From NCBI GenBank assembly GCA_030615965.1, contig JAUWYE010000002.1, positions 1 through 42,338 of the forward strand: DNA of 42,338 bases, written 5' to 3'. Source of the stretch: Dehalococcoidia bacterium. Lineage in GTDB: Bacteria; Chloroflexota; Dehalococcoidia; GIF9; AB-539-J10. Positions 1-8,488 of this stretch are shown here, one piece after another. The notes beneath the pieces are model-generated. The model was given only the letters and a program-made list of their open reading frames with translations, was not told where the DNA came from and ran no database searches. The position numbers were made by a program, and so were the translations under genes. Every line of letters begins with the position of its first letter. Within the stretch, counting starts at the first letter, position 1.

Positions 1-150
1 GGAGCAGAGGCGGTGATACTTTGGTGGAGATATCAGATTCACCGTGACAGAAAGGCGCTGGATTTGTTGCTGGAATACAACAAGGAAGACGTGGTTAATC
101 TGATAACATTGAGGGGGAAGCTAGAAAGGTTCGGATGTGGACCCCGCTGA
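1..150 (+). CDS. 3' end of a CDS truncated by the window edge; the tail resembles RNase H-like (YprB/PF13482-type) proteins
   Basis: Frame 1 is open from the window edge to TGA at 148-150. It reads GAEAVILWWRYQIHRDRKALDLLLEYNKEDVVNLITLRGKLERFGCGPR. Only 49 aa are visible, and the family call is from memory of the LLxYNxEDVxNL tail. Confidence 0.3.
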   Translation, partial: GAEAVILWWRYQIHRDRKALDLLLEYNKEDVVNLITLRGKLERFGCGPR

Positions 151-188
151 GGAAAGCGGTTAAAACAGATTTTGCTATCTCGCTTTGC

Positions 189-914
189 TTAATCTTCATC
201 CCATGGAAAAGATTCATCATAGCAATAGAGGTCGTTGAAGGCTTCGGTAATTTCGTATTTGTCTAGTTCAGAATCAGAGTGTGCCTTGGGAGGCCCGAAC
301 CAGGAATGCCAAGAAGAAAGTTGAGCAGGTGCTTGGGACTCTATCCTCCGCCACTCCCCGTCGTGATACCAATCCTCTATCAGGAAGGCATGTCCATATT
401 CCTCATCATCAACACCAAGGGCGACATATACCCGCTCCGCATCAATGCCATAGGCTCTAAGGAGGGAGCACAATAAAATAGAAAAGTCCTCGCAATCCCC
501 AGTGCTGTAGGACAGGGTTTCTTCGGGGGTTTGCCAATAGTCCTCACCCCATCGCTCTTCATCAGACATATATTCTATATTAATATAGACCCAGTCTCGG
601 ATATCATCAAAGCCAACTTGAGAAGGTTCGTATGGGGAGTCACCGAGGATACCTTGCAAAGTTCCCTCAACCCATGGGCATTCGGGCGTGACGTAAGACT
701 TAAATTCAAACCCCGTCGTCGGAAGCCCATGAGCAGTAGGCGAGTTTTCGGGGTAAATGACGCAGCTGACGCAACTCAACCCAGACACGATGAGCAAGCC
801 AAGCGCGGCTCCACAGGCTAAAGGGATTAAAAAGCGCTTTTTCATACCCAAGCCCCCGGTCATTTTAAGTAATAATTTAGTTTTTCCAAAACCCGAATAC
901 GATTTACCACTCAA
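189..914 (-). CDS. Transglutaminase-like cysteine protease-fold protein, membrane-anchored or secreted
   Basis: The Cys-His-Asp core is recognisable: YSTGDCEDFSILLCSLL ... YGHAFLIEDW ... ESQ. The N-terminus MKKRFLIPLACGAALGLLIVSG looks like a signal peptide or anchor. The true start is probably the internal ATG at 845 (MKKRF). Confidence 0.7.
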   Translation of the reverse strand: MSGKSYSGFGKTKLLLKMTGGLGMKKRFLIPLACGAALGLLIVSGLSCVSCVIYPENSPTAHGLPTTGFEFKSYVTPECPWVEGTLQGILGDSPYEPSQVGFDDIRDWVYINIEYMSDEERWGEDYWQTPEETLSYSTGDCEDFSILLCSLLRAYGIDAERVYVALGVDDEEYGHAFLIEDWYHDGEWRRIESQAPAQLSSWHSWFGPPKAHSDSELDKYEITEAFNDLYCYDESFPWDED

Positions 915-948
915 AGGGACATAAGTCCCACTGCCGGGCTTGGAAATA

Positions 949-1884
949 TTACTTTCTCTTGACCACTGACTTCACCGACTCTTCAATGTCCCTGGCGGTC
1001 AATCCGTATCTTTGAAGCAGTTCCTCAGCTTTGCCTGACAAAGCATACCTGTCACCAAGGTTGACGAATTCCATAGGCACTGGCTTCTCTCTGGCTGTCG
1101 TTTGGGCAACTCGGCTGCCTAGACCACCCTGGGCTAAGTGCTCTTCAGCAACAACAATTGCGCCCGTCTCTGAGGCTGCTTTGACTACGGCTGCTTCATC
1201 CAAAGGTTTGAGGGTATGCATGTTGATTACCTGGCAATCTATACCTTGCCTCGCTAAGATATCTGCCGCCTCCAGAGCCTTAGCAACCATGATACCCACG
1301 GCTATAACAGTTGCATCCGTGCCTTGTCTCATGGTTACTGCCTTGCCTAATGTGAAGTGATAGCCTTCGGGGTAAACAATCGGTGTCTTAGGGCGACTTA
1401 GTCTGATGTAGAAAGGGCCATAGTCACTTGCCGCCACTCTTATTGCCTCAGCAGCCTCTATAGCATCAGCAGGAACAACAACAGTGAAGCCGGGGAGAGC
1501 ACAATACAAGGCTAAGTCCTCAATGGCGTGATGGGAGGTGCCGTCTTCACCAACGGTGATGCCTCCGTGAGTGGCAACAATTTTGACATTTAGTTCTGGC
1601 TGGGAAAGGCAGAGCCTTAGCTGGTCAAAACAGCGGCATGAAGCGAAGATGGCGAAACTGCTGACAAAAACGATTTTTCCCGAGGCAGCTAATCCGGCAG
1701 CTATGCCGACCATGTTTTGTTCTTCTAGGCCGCAGTCAAAAAAGCGGTCAGGAAACTCCCGTGCAAAAACACTGGTCATTGTTGAGGGCGATAAATCGGC
1801 GTCCAGAACAACAATGTCTTTGTTTTGCCTGCCCAGCTCTACCAGAGTTTTGCCGTAGGTTTCCCGAGTAGATGCTTCAGCCAT
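949..1884 (-). CDS. tkt: Transketolase, C-terminal (pyrimidine-binding) subunit of a split transketolase
   Basis: 311 aa. Motifs seen: DADLSPST, FFDCGLEEQNMVGIAAGLA, THGGITVGEDGTSHHAIEDLA. It lies 2 nt downstream of the N-terminal subunit gene. Confidence 0.9.
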   Translation of the reverse strand: MAEASTRETYGKTLVELGRQNKDIVVLDADLSPSTMTSVFAREFPDRFFDCGLEEQNMVGIAAGLAASGKIVFVSSFAIFASCRCFDQLRLCLSQPELNVKIVATHGGITVGEDGTSHHAIEDLALYCALPGFTVVVPADAIEAAEAIRVAASDYGPFYIRLSRPKTPIVYPEGYHFTLGKAVTMRQGTDATVIAVGIMVAKALEAADILARQGIDCQVINMHTLKPLDEAAVVKAASETGAIVVAEEHLAQGGLGSRVAQTTAREKPVPMEFVNLGDRYALSGKAEELLQRYGLTARDIEESVKSVVKRK

Positions 1885-1886
1885 AC

Positions 1887-2753
1887 TTACTCTAACTCCT
1901 TCAGTGCCCTTTCGGCTTCTTCCCGGGTAGGTGCCTTGCCATGAAACGCCGCATTGTTTTCCATGAAGCTAACCCCCTTGCCTTTGATGGTGCGGGCGAC
2001 GATGACAGTTGGTTTGCCTTTTATCTTTTCAGCCCCTTGGCAAGCGGACAGGATTTGGTCAAAGTCATGTCCGTCTATATCAATAGTATGCCAGCCAAAG
2101 GCTTGCCATTTCTGGGCAAAAGGCTCAAGGTTCATGATGTCTCGAGTCCATCCGCTGAGCTGCATACCATTGCAGTCAACTATAGCCGTTAGGTTATCTA
2201 GTTTGAAGTGGGCCGCTGAAAGAGCCGCCTCCCAAGTTTGCCCCTCCTCACATTCTCCATCGCCAAGAAGAACATATGTCCGGTAAGTTTTGGAATCCAG
2301 CCTGGCGGCCAGGACGACGCCAATGGCGAAGGACAAACCCATACCTAAAGAACCAGCTGACATTTCTACCCCGGGGGTGAACTTCCTATCAGCGTGTCCT
2401 TGGAGGCGGCTATCCAACTTTCTCAATGTTGCCAGCTCTGCCACGGGAAAGTAGCCAGTTTCGGCCAAGGCAGCGTACAAAATTGGAGCAGCATGTCCCT
2501 TGCTCAATATAAATCGGTCACGGTCTGACCACTGGGGATTTTCGGGGTTATGGCGCAAAACCTTAAAATAAAGAGCAGTGATGGCGTCAGCTGCTGATAG
2601 AGAGCCGCCAGGATGCCCACTGCCTGCCGTAGCTGTCATGGTGATTACATGACGGCGTAGCTTTTTAGCCATTTCCTTGAGTTCGGCCGTGGACAGGTTA
2701 AATTTGTTACCTGGAGAGGCACTTCCGGGGGGCACTTCGCTATGATTTGGCAT
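1887..2753 (-). CDS. tkt: Transketolase, N-terminal (TPP-binding) subunit
   Basis: 288 aa. Motifs seen: GSGHPGGSLSAADAITALY, RDRFILSKGHAAPILYA, LLGDGECEEGQTWEA. Confidence 0.9.
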   Translation of the reverse strand: MPNHSEVPPGSASPGNKFNLSTAELKEMAKKLRRHVITMTATAGSGHPGGSLSAADAITALYFKVLRHNPENPQWSDRDRFILSKGHAAPILYAALAETGYFPVAELATLRKLDSRLQGHADRKFTPGVEMSAGSLGMGLSFAIGVVLAARLDSKTYRTYVLLGDGECEEGQTWEAALSAAHFKLDNLTAIVDCNGMQLSGWTRDIMNLEPFAQKWQAFGWHTIDIDGHDFDQILSACQGAEKIKGKPTVIVARTIKGKGVSFMENNAAFHGKAPTREEAERALKELE

Positions 2754-2834
2754 TGGTCAAGGACTAAATTGTAACTCAGAATAGCTTACACTGTCTATAG
2801 TAAGTAGGCTACCCTCAGACCAAAAGGGAACATA

Positions 2835-3470
2835 TTATATCGGGGGTGGGAGAAGGTGCTTTAATTGAGTCAAATCGCTAAGAGATTCCTGATGGTTTCT
2901 CCCCGACCTGTCAAGATAGAAAGCATTTACGCCAGCCTGTCGGGCATTGAGGAAATCAAATTGCCAGTTATCACCCACATGGATGACCCGGCTCGGCTTG
3001 ACGCCCATCTCTTCACATATCCTGAGGTAAAAATCAGGGCTTTTTAATTGCCTATAATGTGAAACGGAGGAAAAAATTCGAACGAAATAAGGTTTGATAT
3101 CTCGTAATAAGCAATGCAGTAGCTCCAGTGGTGTGCCTGAGGCAACAATCAACTTATATTCACTGGCTAAGGAAGAAAGGACCTCAGTTACCTCAGGATA
3201 ATAGCCTATCTTACCCAGGCAGCTTTGTATCACTGGCTCAGAAGAACCCAAGCCAAGATAGCTAAACCAGTATTCGATATCATACCACTCAAGCCTCTGG
3301 TCGCCAATCCTGCCATACTCCTCAGCAATACGCTTCTTGGCTTGAGCAAGGTCAAATCCTTTTTTCTGAGCATAAAGCGCAGGGATAGCCTCATGCCATA
3401 TAGCCTGGCTGAAATCAGGCGTTACCACTGTTCCCTCAGCATCAAAGGAGATTAATTCAATTTGCTTCAT
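2835..3470 (-). CDS. HAD-superfamily hydrolase (subfamily IA-like)
   Basis: Motif I reads ISFDAEGTVV, with the second Asp replaced by Glu. A later motif reads HVGDNWQFD. I placed the start at the ATG at 3468-3470 (MKQIELISFD) rather than the longer ORF start at 3530. Confidence 0.75.
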   Translation of the reverse strand: MKQIELISFDAEGTVVTPDFSQAIWHEAIPALYAQKKGFDLAQAKKRIAEEYGRIGDQRLEWYDIEYWFSYLGLGSSEPVIQSCLGKIGYYPEVTEVLSSLASEYKLIVASGTPLELLHCLLRDIKPYFVRIFSSVSHYRQLKSPDFYLRICEEMGVKPSRVIHVGDNWQFDFLNARQAGVNAFYLDRSGRNHQESLSDLTQLKHLLPPPI

Positions 3471-3512
3471 TTGAAATGCTGATATTATCATGGTAAGGAG
3501 GCAAAAGTCCAT

Positions 3513-4712
3513 TTGCCTATCCCCCTCCAATACGCTAAAATACGCAGAATGCTAAGTTATTCAGTCACAGAGAAGCTGAGCCATACCTTTGAGTTAGGTC
3601 CCATAAGGCCTCCTAGTGAAGCTTATTCCCTCCTGATAAGGGCGACCAGGAATTGCCCCTGGAATAGATGCCAGTTCTGCCCTATATACAAAGGCAGTAA
3701 GTTCGGGCTGAGGTCAGTGGAGGAGATTATAAAAGATATTGAGGCGGCTAAGGCTATCAGCGAGGGTATAAAGGAAATAGCCTGGAAGAGGGGCTATGGC
3801 AACAAACTGATAGAGGTAGCGGCAATGTTCTCTAATCAACTTCAATATGGACAATGTGTGCATAACGTTGCCCTCTGGCTTGGGACAGGAGGCAAGTCAG
3901 CCTTCCTCCAGGATTCCAATACCTTAATTATGCGCACCCCTGAGCTAACTCAGGTGATTACTTTCCTGAGAAAAACCTTTCCCAGCTTAAATAGAGCAAC
4001 TACATATGCTCGGTCCCATACGGCAGCTAGAAAGTCGTTAGCGGAGTTAAAGGAACTCAAGGATGCCGGGCTAGATAGGATTCACATTGGACTGGAGACT
4101 GGCTATGACCCTTTGCTGGCTTATATGGAAAAGGGATGCACTGCCAAGAACCACATTGAGGGTGGAAAGAAGGTGAAAGAAGCAGGCATTTCTCTGTGTG
4201 AATATGTCATGCCTGGTCTTGGGGGCAAGAAAATGTCTCAAGAACATGCCCAGGAAACAGCCAAGGTGTTAAACGAAATTGACCCTGATTATATCAGGCT
4301 GCGCAGCCTCCACGTCACTCCAACTATGCCGTTGTGGACCAGGTTGCAAGACGGAGATTTTGAGTTGCAAACGGAGGACGAAGTAGCAAAGGAAATAGGT
4401 GTTTTCATCGAAAACTTGCAAGTCACCAGTCATCTCAAGAGCGACCATATACTTAACTTATTGATGGAGGTCGAAGGCAAAATGCCCGAGGATAAGGAAA
4501 AATGCCTCAATATCATAAATAAGTATTTATCTTTGCCGGATGAGGAAAGACTCAATTTCAAATTTGGCAGACGGGCTGGTTTATACAATAGGCTAGCCGA
4601 CCTCAGTGATAGCTACAAACACGATAAAATAGAACAAGCTATAAAACGCCTCAGAGCACAGGGTAGCAATGTTGAGGAGGCGATATTCAGGCTGAAGGAC
4701 ATCTTTATTTAG
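3513..4712 (+). CDS. Radical SAM domain protein, subfamily unknown
   Basis: The Cys cluster is RNCPWNRCQFCPIY. The motif GPIRPPSEAYSLLIRAT precedes it and TIM-barrel-like motifs (HIGLETG) follow. An alternative start lies at 3549 (MLSYS). Confidence 0.8.
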   Translation: MPIPLQYAKIRRMLSYSVTEKLSHTFELGPIRPPSEAYSLLIRATRNCPWNRCQFCPIYKGSKFGLRSVEEIIKDIEAAKAISEGIKEIAWKRGYGNKLIEVAAMFSNQLQYGQCVHNVALWLGTGGKSAFLQDSNTLIMRTPELTQVITFLRKTFPSLNRATTYARSHTAARKSLAELKELKDAGLDRIHIGLETGYDPLLAYMEKGCTAKNHIEGGKKVKEAGISLCEYVMPGLGGKKMSQEHAQETAKVLNEIDPDYIRLRSLHVTPTMPLWTRLQDGDFELQTEDEVAKEIGVFIENLQVTSHLKSDHILNLLMEVEGKMPEDKEKCLNIINKYLSLPDEERLNFKFGRRAGLYNRLADLSDSYKHDKIEQAIKRLRAQGSNVEEAIFRLKDIFI

Positions 4713-4723
4713 GGGGAGAAATC

Positions 4724-4852
4724 GTGGCAAAAGGATTTGTAAACCTAAATCGTTTCAAGCATGGCCGGGCAATAAAGCGGAACAGCAAACAAAAAGCCGA
4801 TTTGCAAAGTAAGAAAAAATCAGAGGGAGGGAAAGTTAAATTTCGTGGCTAA
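4724..4852 (+). CDS. Possible 42-aa highly basic small ORF
   Basis: GTG at 4724 lies 5 nt after a GGGGGAG Shine-Dalgarno-like sequence. The translation is MAKGFVNLNRFKHGRAIKRNSKQKADLQSKKKSEGGKVKFRG. Its stop overlaps the next GTG (GTGGCTAA). No homology was recognised. Confidence 0.2.
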   Translation: MAKGFVNLNRFKHGRAIKRNSKQKADLQSKKKSEGGKVKFRG

Positions 4853-5067
4853 AATAAATGAACTTACCTTTGGCTCTATAGTAGTTGAAGGCAAGAAATA
4901 CCACCGGGATGTTCTGATTTTTGCCGATGGCATGGTAAAGAGGCGGAAAGCTGGTCTCAGGGAAAGAATCTAAGCTTACTGGTTCACCCATCCTATGGCG
5001 CTGTAGCCAGGCTAAATGGGCTTGCGAACAGAAGAAGGTTGCTGCCTTGATTCACATAACTTGCTAA
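4845..5067 (+). pseudogene. Decayed Mth938-like (DUF498-type) gene with an internal deletion and a frameshift
   Basis: The N-terminal frame reads MAKINELTFGSIVVEGKKYHRDVLIFADGMVKRRKAGLRERI and stops at 4971-4973. A different frame continues ESKLTGSPILWRCSQAKWACEQKKVAALIHITC and stops at 5065-5067. The GSIxxxGKxYxxDVxI start and VAALIHxTC end match my recollection of the ~115-aa Mth938 family; the middle is missing. Confidence 0.45.
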
Positions 5068-5081
5068 GGCATAAATTTATC

Positions 5082-5459
5082 TCAGCGTGATTTCTCTATA
5101 ATGCTCTCAGATGTGCTTCTGGTGTCCTCTTCCAAATGAATAAATAAGTAAATAAGTTCCCTAGTTGCAAGCAATAGTAACCACACCAGGAATGAGCCAA
5201 GTATTCCTATTACAATCCGAAACCCACCTCCAATTCCACCCGTGGTAATTCCCCAAACAATCGAACCAATAAAGCCAAGTACTAATATTATCCATGCTAT
5301 GACCCTCAAAGCACTAGTCGCATACTTTATATAATAATACTCCTGTATCTTTTTTGCCTTCCGCCCTCTCTGCAAAACATCGTGCGTTTTCTTCCCGGGC
5401 ATCAGTAGCCACCGTTTTTGAATGAGCCTGACGAACAAGGAAAAGATTACTGCCTTCAT
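5082..5459 (-). CDS. Small two-TM membrane protein, paralogue of 5491..5763
   Basis: The core RVIAWIILVLGFIGSIVWGITTGG...LLLLATRELIYLFIHLEEDTRSTSESI aligns with the neighbouring gene. The likely true start is the ATG at 5402 (MPGKK), because the first 19 codons overlap a duplicated gene-end remnant. Confidence 0.6.
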   Translation of the reverse strand: MKAVIFSLFVRLIQKRWLLMPGKKTHDVLQRGRKAKKIQEYYYIKYATSALRVIAWIILVLGFIGSIVWGITTGGIGGGFRIVIGILGSFLVWLLLLATRELIYLFIHLEEDTRSTSESIIEKSR

Positions 5460-5490
5460 TCACATAACCACCTAAGGCATAAATTTAATC

Positions 5491-5763
5491 TCAGCCTGAT
5501 TTCTTTGTAATGGTAATACTCTCAGCGGTGTTTCTGGTGTTCTCTTCCACGTCCATAAACAGGTAAAAGAGTTCACTGGCGGCAAGCAAGAATACCCAAG
5601 CCAGAAATGAGACAATTATTCCCCCTATAGCCGTAAAAACACCTACAGTTCCACCCGTCATAATTCCGAAAACAATCGAACTAATAACGCCAAGTACCAG
5701 TACTATCCAACCCACAACTTTCAAAACCCTAGCTGCAAAGGGCAGAAAACTATACTTTTGCAT
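5491..5763 (-). CDS. Small two-TM membrane protein
   Basis: 90 aa. The segment RVLKVVGWIVLVLGVISSIVFGIMTGG...FLLAASELFYLFMDVEENTRNTAESI is a clear paralogue of 5082..5459. Confidence 0.65.
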   Translation of the reverse strand: MQKYSFLPFAARVLKVVGWIVLVLGVISSIVFGIMTGGTVGVFTAIGGIIVSFLAWVFLLAASELFYLFMDVEENTRNTAESITITKKSG

Positions 5764-5929
5764 CTTGCCTCCTTTCTGTACTTAAAGTTTTTCCAACAAA
5801 ATTTTGTAGTTGCCTGATTCATCAAGCACAATCGCATAATAAATTCTTACCCAACCAAATCTTCGATCTGGTTGGGTAAAATGAATTGGGTAACTACTCT
5901 GATGCACATAACTTGCAGAACCTTAAGCC

Positions 5930-6244
5930 TTACTCAAATTCGCCCTTCCCCAAGCTGACGAATATAATGGCGAGTATCCCGAGAAGACCCCAAGGACCAA
6001 GGAATGCACAGATAGACCCGGTAAGCGCCAGTCCCCAAATCTTTCTTTTTAAGGCGCATATACCACCAATGATAGCAATTATCCCCAATACGATTATGGG
6101 AACACCAATGGCGCTAAACCATGGCATCCAAAAGAACCATCCGATGCTACCAACTGCAGCAATTACTATACCGACGATCACACCAATAACTCCTGCAATA
6201 ATACAGAGTATGCCCGCAGCTGTCGGCTTCCATGTTTCCTTCAT
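5930..6244 (-). CDS. Small multi-TM membrane protein
   Basis: 104 aa that is almost entirely hydrophobic, with Gly/Ile-rich helices. The plus-strand ORF 5886..6278 is its shadow. Confidence 0.6.
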   Translation of the reverse strand: MKETWKPTAAGILCIIAGVIGVIVGIVIAAVGSIGWFFWMPWFSAIGVPIIVLGIIAIIGGICALKRKIWGLALTGSICAFLGPWGLLGILAIIFVSLGKGEFE

Positions 6245-6434
6245 TTCTCGTCCCTCCTTTTTTTACATAACGATATAATCAGAAGCTCGCATTGTCAATA
6301 CCCCAAAACCTCAATCACCGCCACGGCAGCAGGTTTGCTTGCCATAAGCTATCCCGGCGCTGCAACCACCACACCCTTGCCTTGTCAGCAATAGCAAACC
6401 TCACAACACTCCAGGCAACCATTCAAAGAGCTCA

Positions 6435-6593
6435 TCAAGGTATGCACCAAGGCATAAGTTCCCAGGGTATCCATGCCCTACACACAAAGAATAGAATTAC
6501 CCCGATTATCACAGATATCCCCAGGCTAATAAGAAACATCCGCCACCACAATCCCCAAGCTAATTTCCAGGTTGGCTTTACCTCATTATCCAT
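6435..6593 (-). CDS. Possible 52-aa single-TM peptide
   Basis: ATG at 6593 gives MDNEVKPTWKLAWGLWWRMFLISLGISVIIGVILFFVCRAWIPWELMPWCIP. It is below the ORF-track cutoff. It has the same strand and character as the neighbouring small membrane genes. Confidence 0.2.
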   Translation of the reverse strand: MDNEVKPTWKLAWGLWWRMFLISLGISVIIGVILFFVCRAWIPWELMPWCIP

Positions 6594-6844
6594 CTGCTCT
6601 TTCTCCTTTCCTTGTTTTCTCAGGTTCCAAGCTTCTCAATTGATTGAGTAGCTTCTGCGGCCCCTTCAACTCATTATAATTATAGCTATTACTCGATGTC
6701 AATACAGTTAAGGGATTGTTTATTAAATCGCTCGTGGTGAGCTTATCGAACCATGAACGGCACTCAAGAGCAGACTAGCTTGCCCTTCGACTTCGCCAGG
6801 ACGGACGGGTTGCTAAACAGTCTTTCCGAAGGCTTCCAGGTAGC

Positions 6845-8191
6845 TTAACCAAGCTCCTTGACCATATAAGCGCCTTCCAGACCATAACCAAGCGAGCGAT
6901 AATACTCCCTGGCACCGACACCACTAAGCACCGATAATTTATCAGCCTTAAATTCCCCCCTGGCGATTCTCTCTGCCTCTCGAAGCAACCTTTCACCGAG
7001 ACCGTGATGTTGAGCGGCTCGCTCTAGCCTCCCCCCCAGGGGAACTTCAGGACCAAAAATGTGTAGCTCCCTAACTACCGCTTTTTTCCCATTTATCCTC
7101 AACCTCAGCAAGCCAAACAAGGTTTCATTCTCATCCTCGTAGGAAAGGAAGACCTCCCTCCCCCCCAAGGCTTCATAATCCATCCTGGTTAACCAAGGCT
7201 CGCCAATTGCCCAGCCATCCCTCAGGCGATGCCCATATTCCCGACAACGAATGCAGCTACAGCGAAGTCCTGTTTGCCCCATCTTCTTTCTAATAGTTCC
7301 TCTGAGCGCTAAGTCTCTGCTCCCGGCAATGATAAATTTGCTGGGAATATCCCGCATCAACCTCGAAATCCTTACATATTTGGGAATTAGAGCTTTAATA
7401 GCCATAAGCAAATCAATCATTTCCTCATCACCATAAGGCCGGTAGCGATTATCCCGATACCAACTCTCTAGCTCACTCCCCCGAACTACCAGCGTGGGGT
7501 AAAGCTTGAGCCCGTCAGGTCGAAAGCGCTCGTCCCCAAACAATTGCCGCGATAGCTCTAGGTCATGCTCAGGCGTTGACCCTGGTAAACCAGGCATCCA
7601 ATGATAGTAAACCTTAAAGCCATAATCTCGTAATAGCCTGGTCGCGGAGATAACTTCAGCTACCCCATGTCCCCTCTTTGTCAAGCAGTGAACCTCATCG
7701 TCCAGGGTCTGCACCCCAAGCTCCACCCTCGTGGTGCCAAAATCGAGCATGCTCCTTATCTCCTCCTCCCCACAAAAGTCAGGCCTGGTCTCAATGCACA
7801 ATCCCACACAGCGATGCTCAGCATTTTCATTCAATTTCCTGGCTTCCTCTAAACTACCAGAGGGAATGCCGTTCAGAGCATCATAGCAATCCTTAATAAA
7901 CCGATACTGATAGTCCCGGGGATAAGACAGAAAGGTGCCTCCCATGATGATAAGTTCTACCTTATCCTGGGCATGTCCCATTTCAGCCAATGTCTTGAGC
8001 CTGACCTCCACCTGCTTTTTGGCATCAAAGCCACAACTTCGAGCTCGGAGCACCGCTGGAGACTCCACAGTATAGCTCTTGGGCGCCTCAGGAGAAGTGG
8101 GGCAATAAACACATTTGCCGGGGCAAGGAAATGGCTTGGCCATAACTGCCACCGGGGTTACTCCAGAAATAGTTCGAGATGCTTTCTTCAT
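6845..8191 (-). CDS. elp3: Elp3-type tRNA uridine(34) carboxymethyl-modification enzyme (radical SAM + GNAT)
   Basis: 448 aa. The radical SAM cluster is FPCPGKCVYCP. Elp3-typical blocks include IMGGTFLS, CIETRPD and RVELGVQT. The C-terminal GNAT motif is QHHGLGERLLREAERIA. Size and architecture match bacterial Elp3, as in Dehalococcoides mccartyi. Confidence 0.9.
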   Translation of the reverse strand: MKKASRTISGVTPVAVMAKPFPCPGKCVYCPTSPEAPKSYTVESPAVLRARSCGFDAKKQVEVRLKTLAEMGHAQDKVELIIMGGTFLSYPRDYQYRFIKDCYDALNGIPSGSLEEARKLNENAEHRCVGLCIETRPDFCGEEEIRSMLDFGTTRVELGVQTLDDEVHCLTKRGHGVAEVISATRLLRDYGFKVYYHWMPGLPGSTPEHDLELSRQLFGDERFRPDGLKLYPTLVVRGSELESWYRDNRYRPYGDEEMIDLLMAIKALIPKYVRISRLMRDIPSKFIIAGSRDLALRGTIRKKMGQTGLRCSCIRCREYGHRLRDGWAIGEPWLTRMDYEALGGREVFLSYEDENETLFGLLRLRINGKKAVVRELHIFGPEVPLGGRLERAAQHHGLGERLLREAERIARGEFKADKLSVLSGVGAREYYRSLGYGLEGAYMVKELG

Positions 8192-8264
8192 GCCATCTCC
8201 ATGTCATTCTGAGCCTTTCTCCTAATGTCATTGCGCGCGGAGCGAGGCAATCCCCTACCCTCCA

Positions 8265-8307
8265 CGAGATTGCTTCGTCTCGATAAATCGGGACTCGCAA
8301 TGACAGG
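8265..8307 (-). repeat. Copy of the GTCATTGCGAG...CGAAGCAATCTC palindromic interspersed repeat (family G)
   Basis: The sequence cgagattgcttcgtctcgataaatcgggactcgcaatgacagg is the reverse complement of the unit seen at 20276-20321 and 22553-22598. Related GTCATTCTGAGC...GAAGAATCTC units flank it at about 8203-8380. Confidence 0.85.
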
Positions 8308-8488
8308 ATGAAAGTGCCATTCTGAGCCTTCACTTTGTCATTCTGAGCCGAAGGCGAAGAATCTCACCCCTCCACTCAATTCCTCTTCACTTTGTTCAGA
8401 GTCATAGCTTTGGCTCAGGGTGACAGCATAGACAATTGCGACCATAAGCATTTCACCATAATATGCTAAAGTTTAGCAGAGTGTATCT

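Noticed and set aside
5886-6651. Plus-strand ORFs 5886..6278 (130 aa) and 6292..6651 (119 aa).
   Set aside because: These are low-complexity, His/Pro/Ile-rich shadow frames opposite hydrophobic minus-strand genes. They have no SD sequence and no motifs.
6845-6996. ORF 6775..6996 (-), which overlaps the 3' end of elp3.
   Set aside because: It is out of frame with, and mostly nested in, elp3. It is Arg/Ser-rich and low in complexity.
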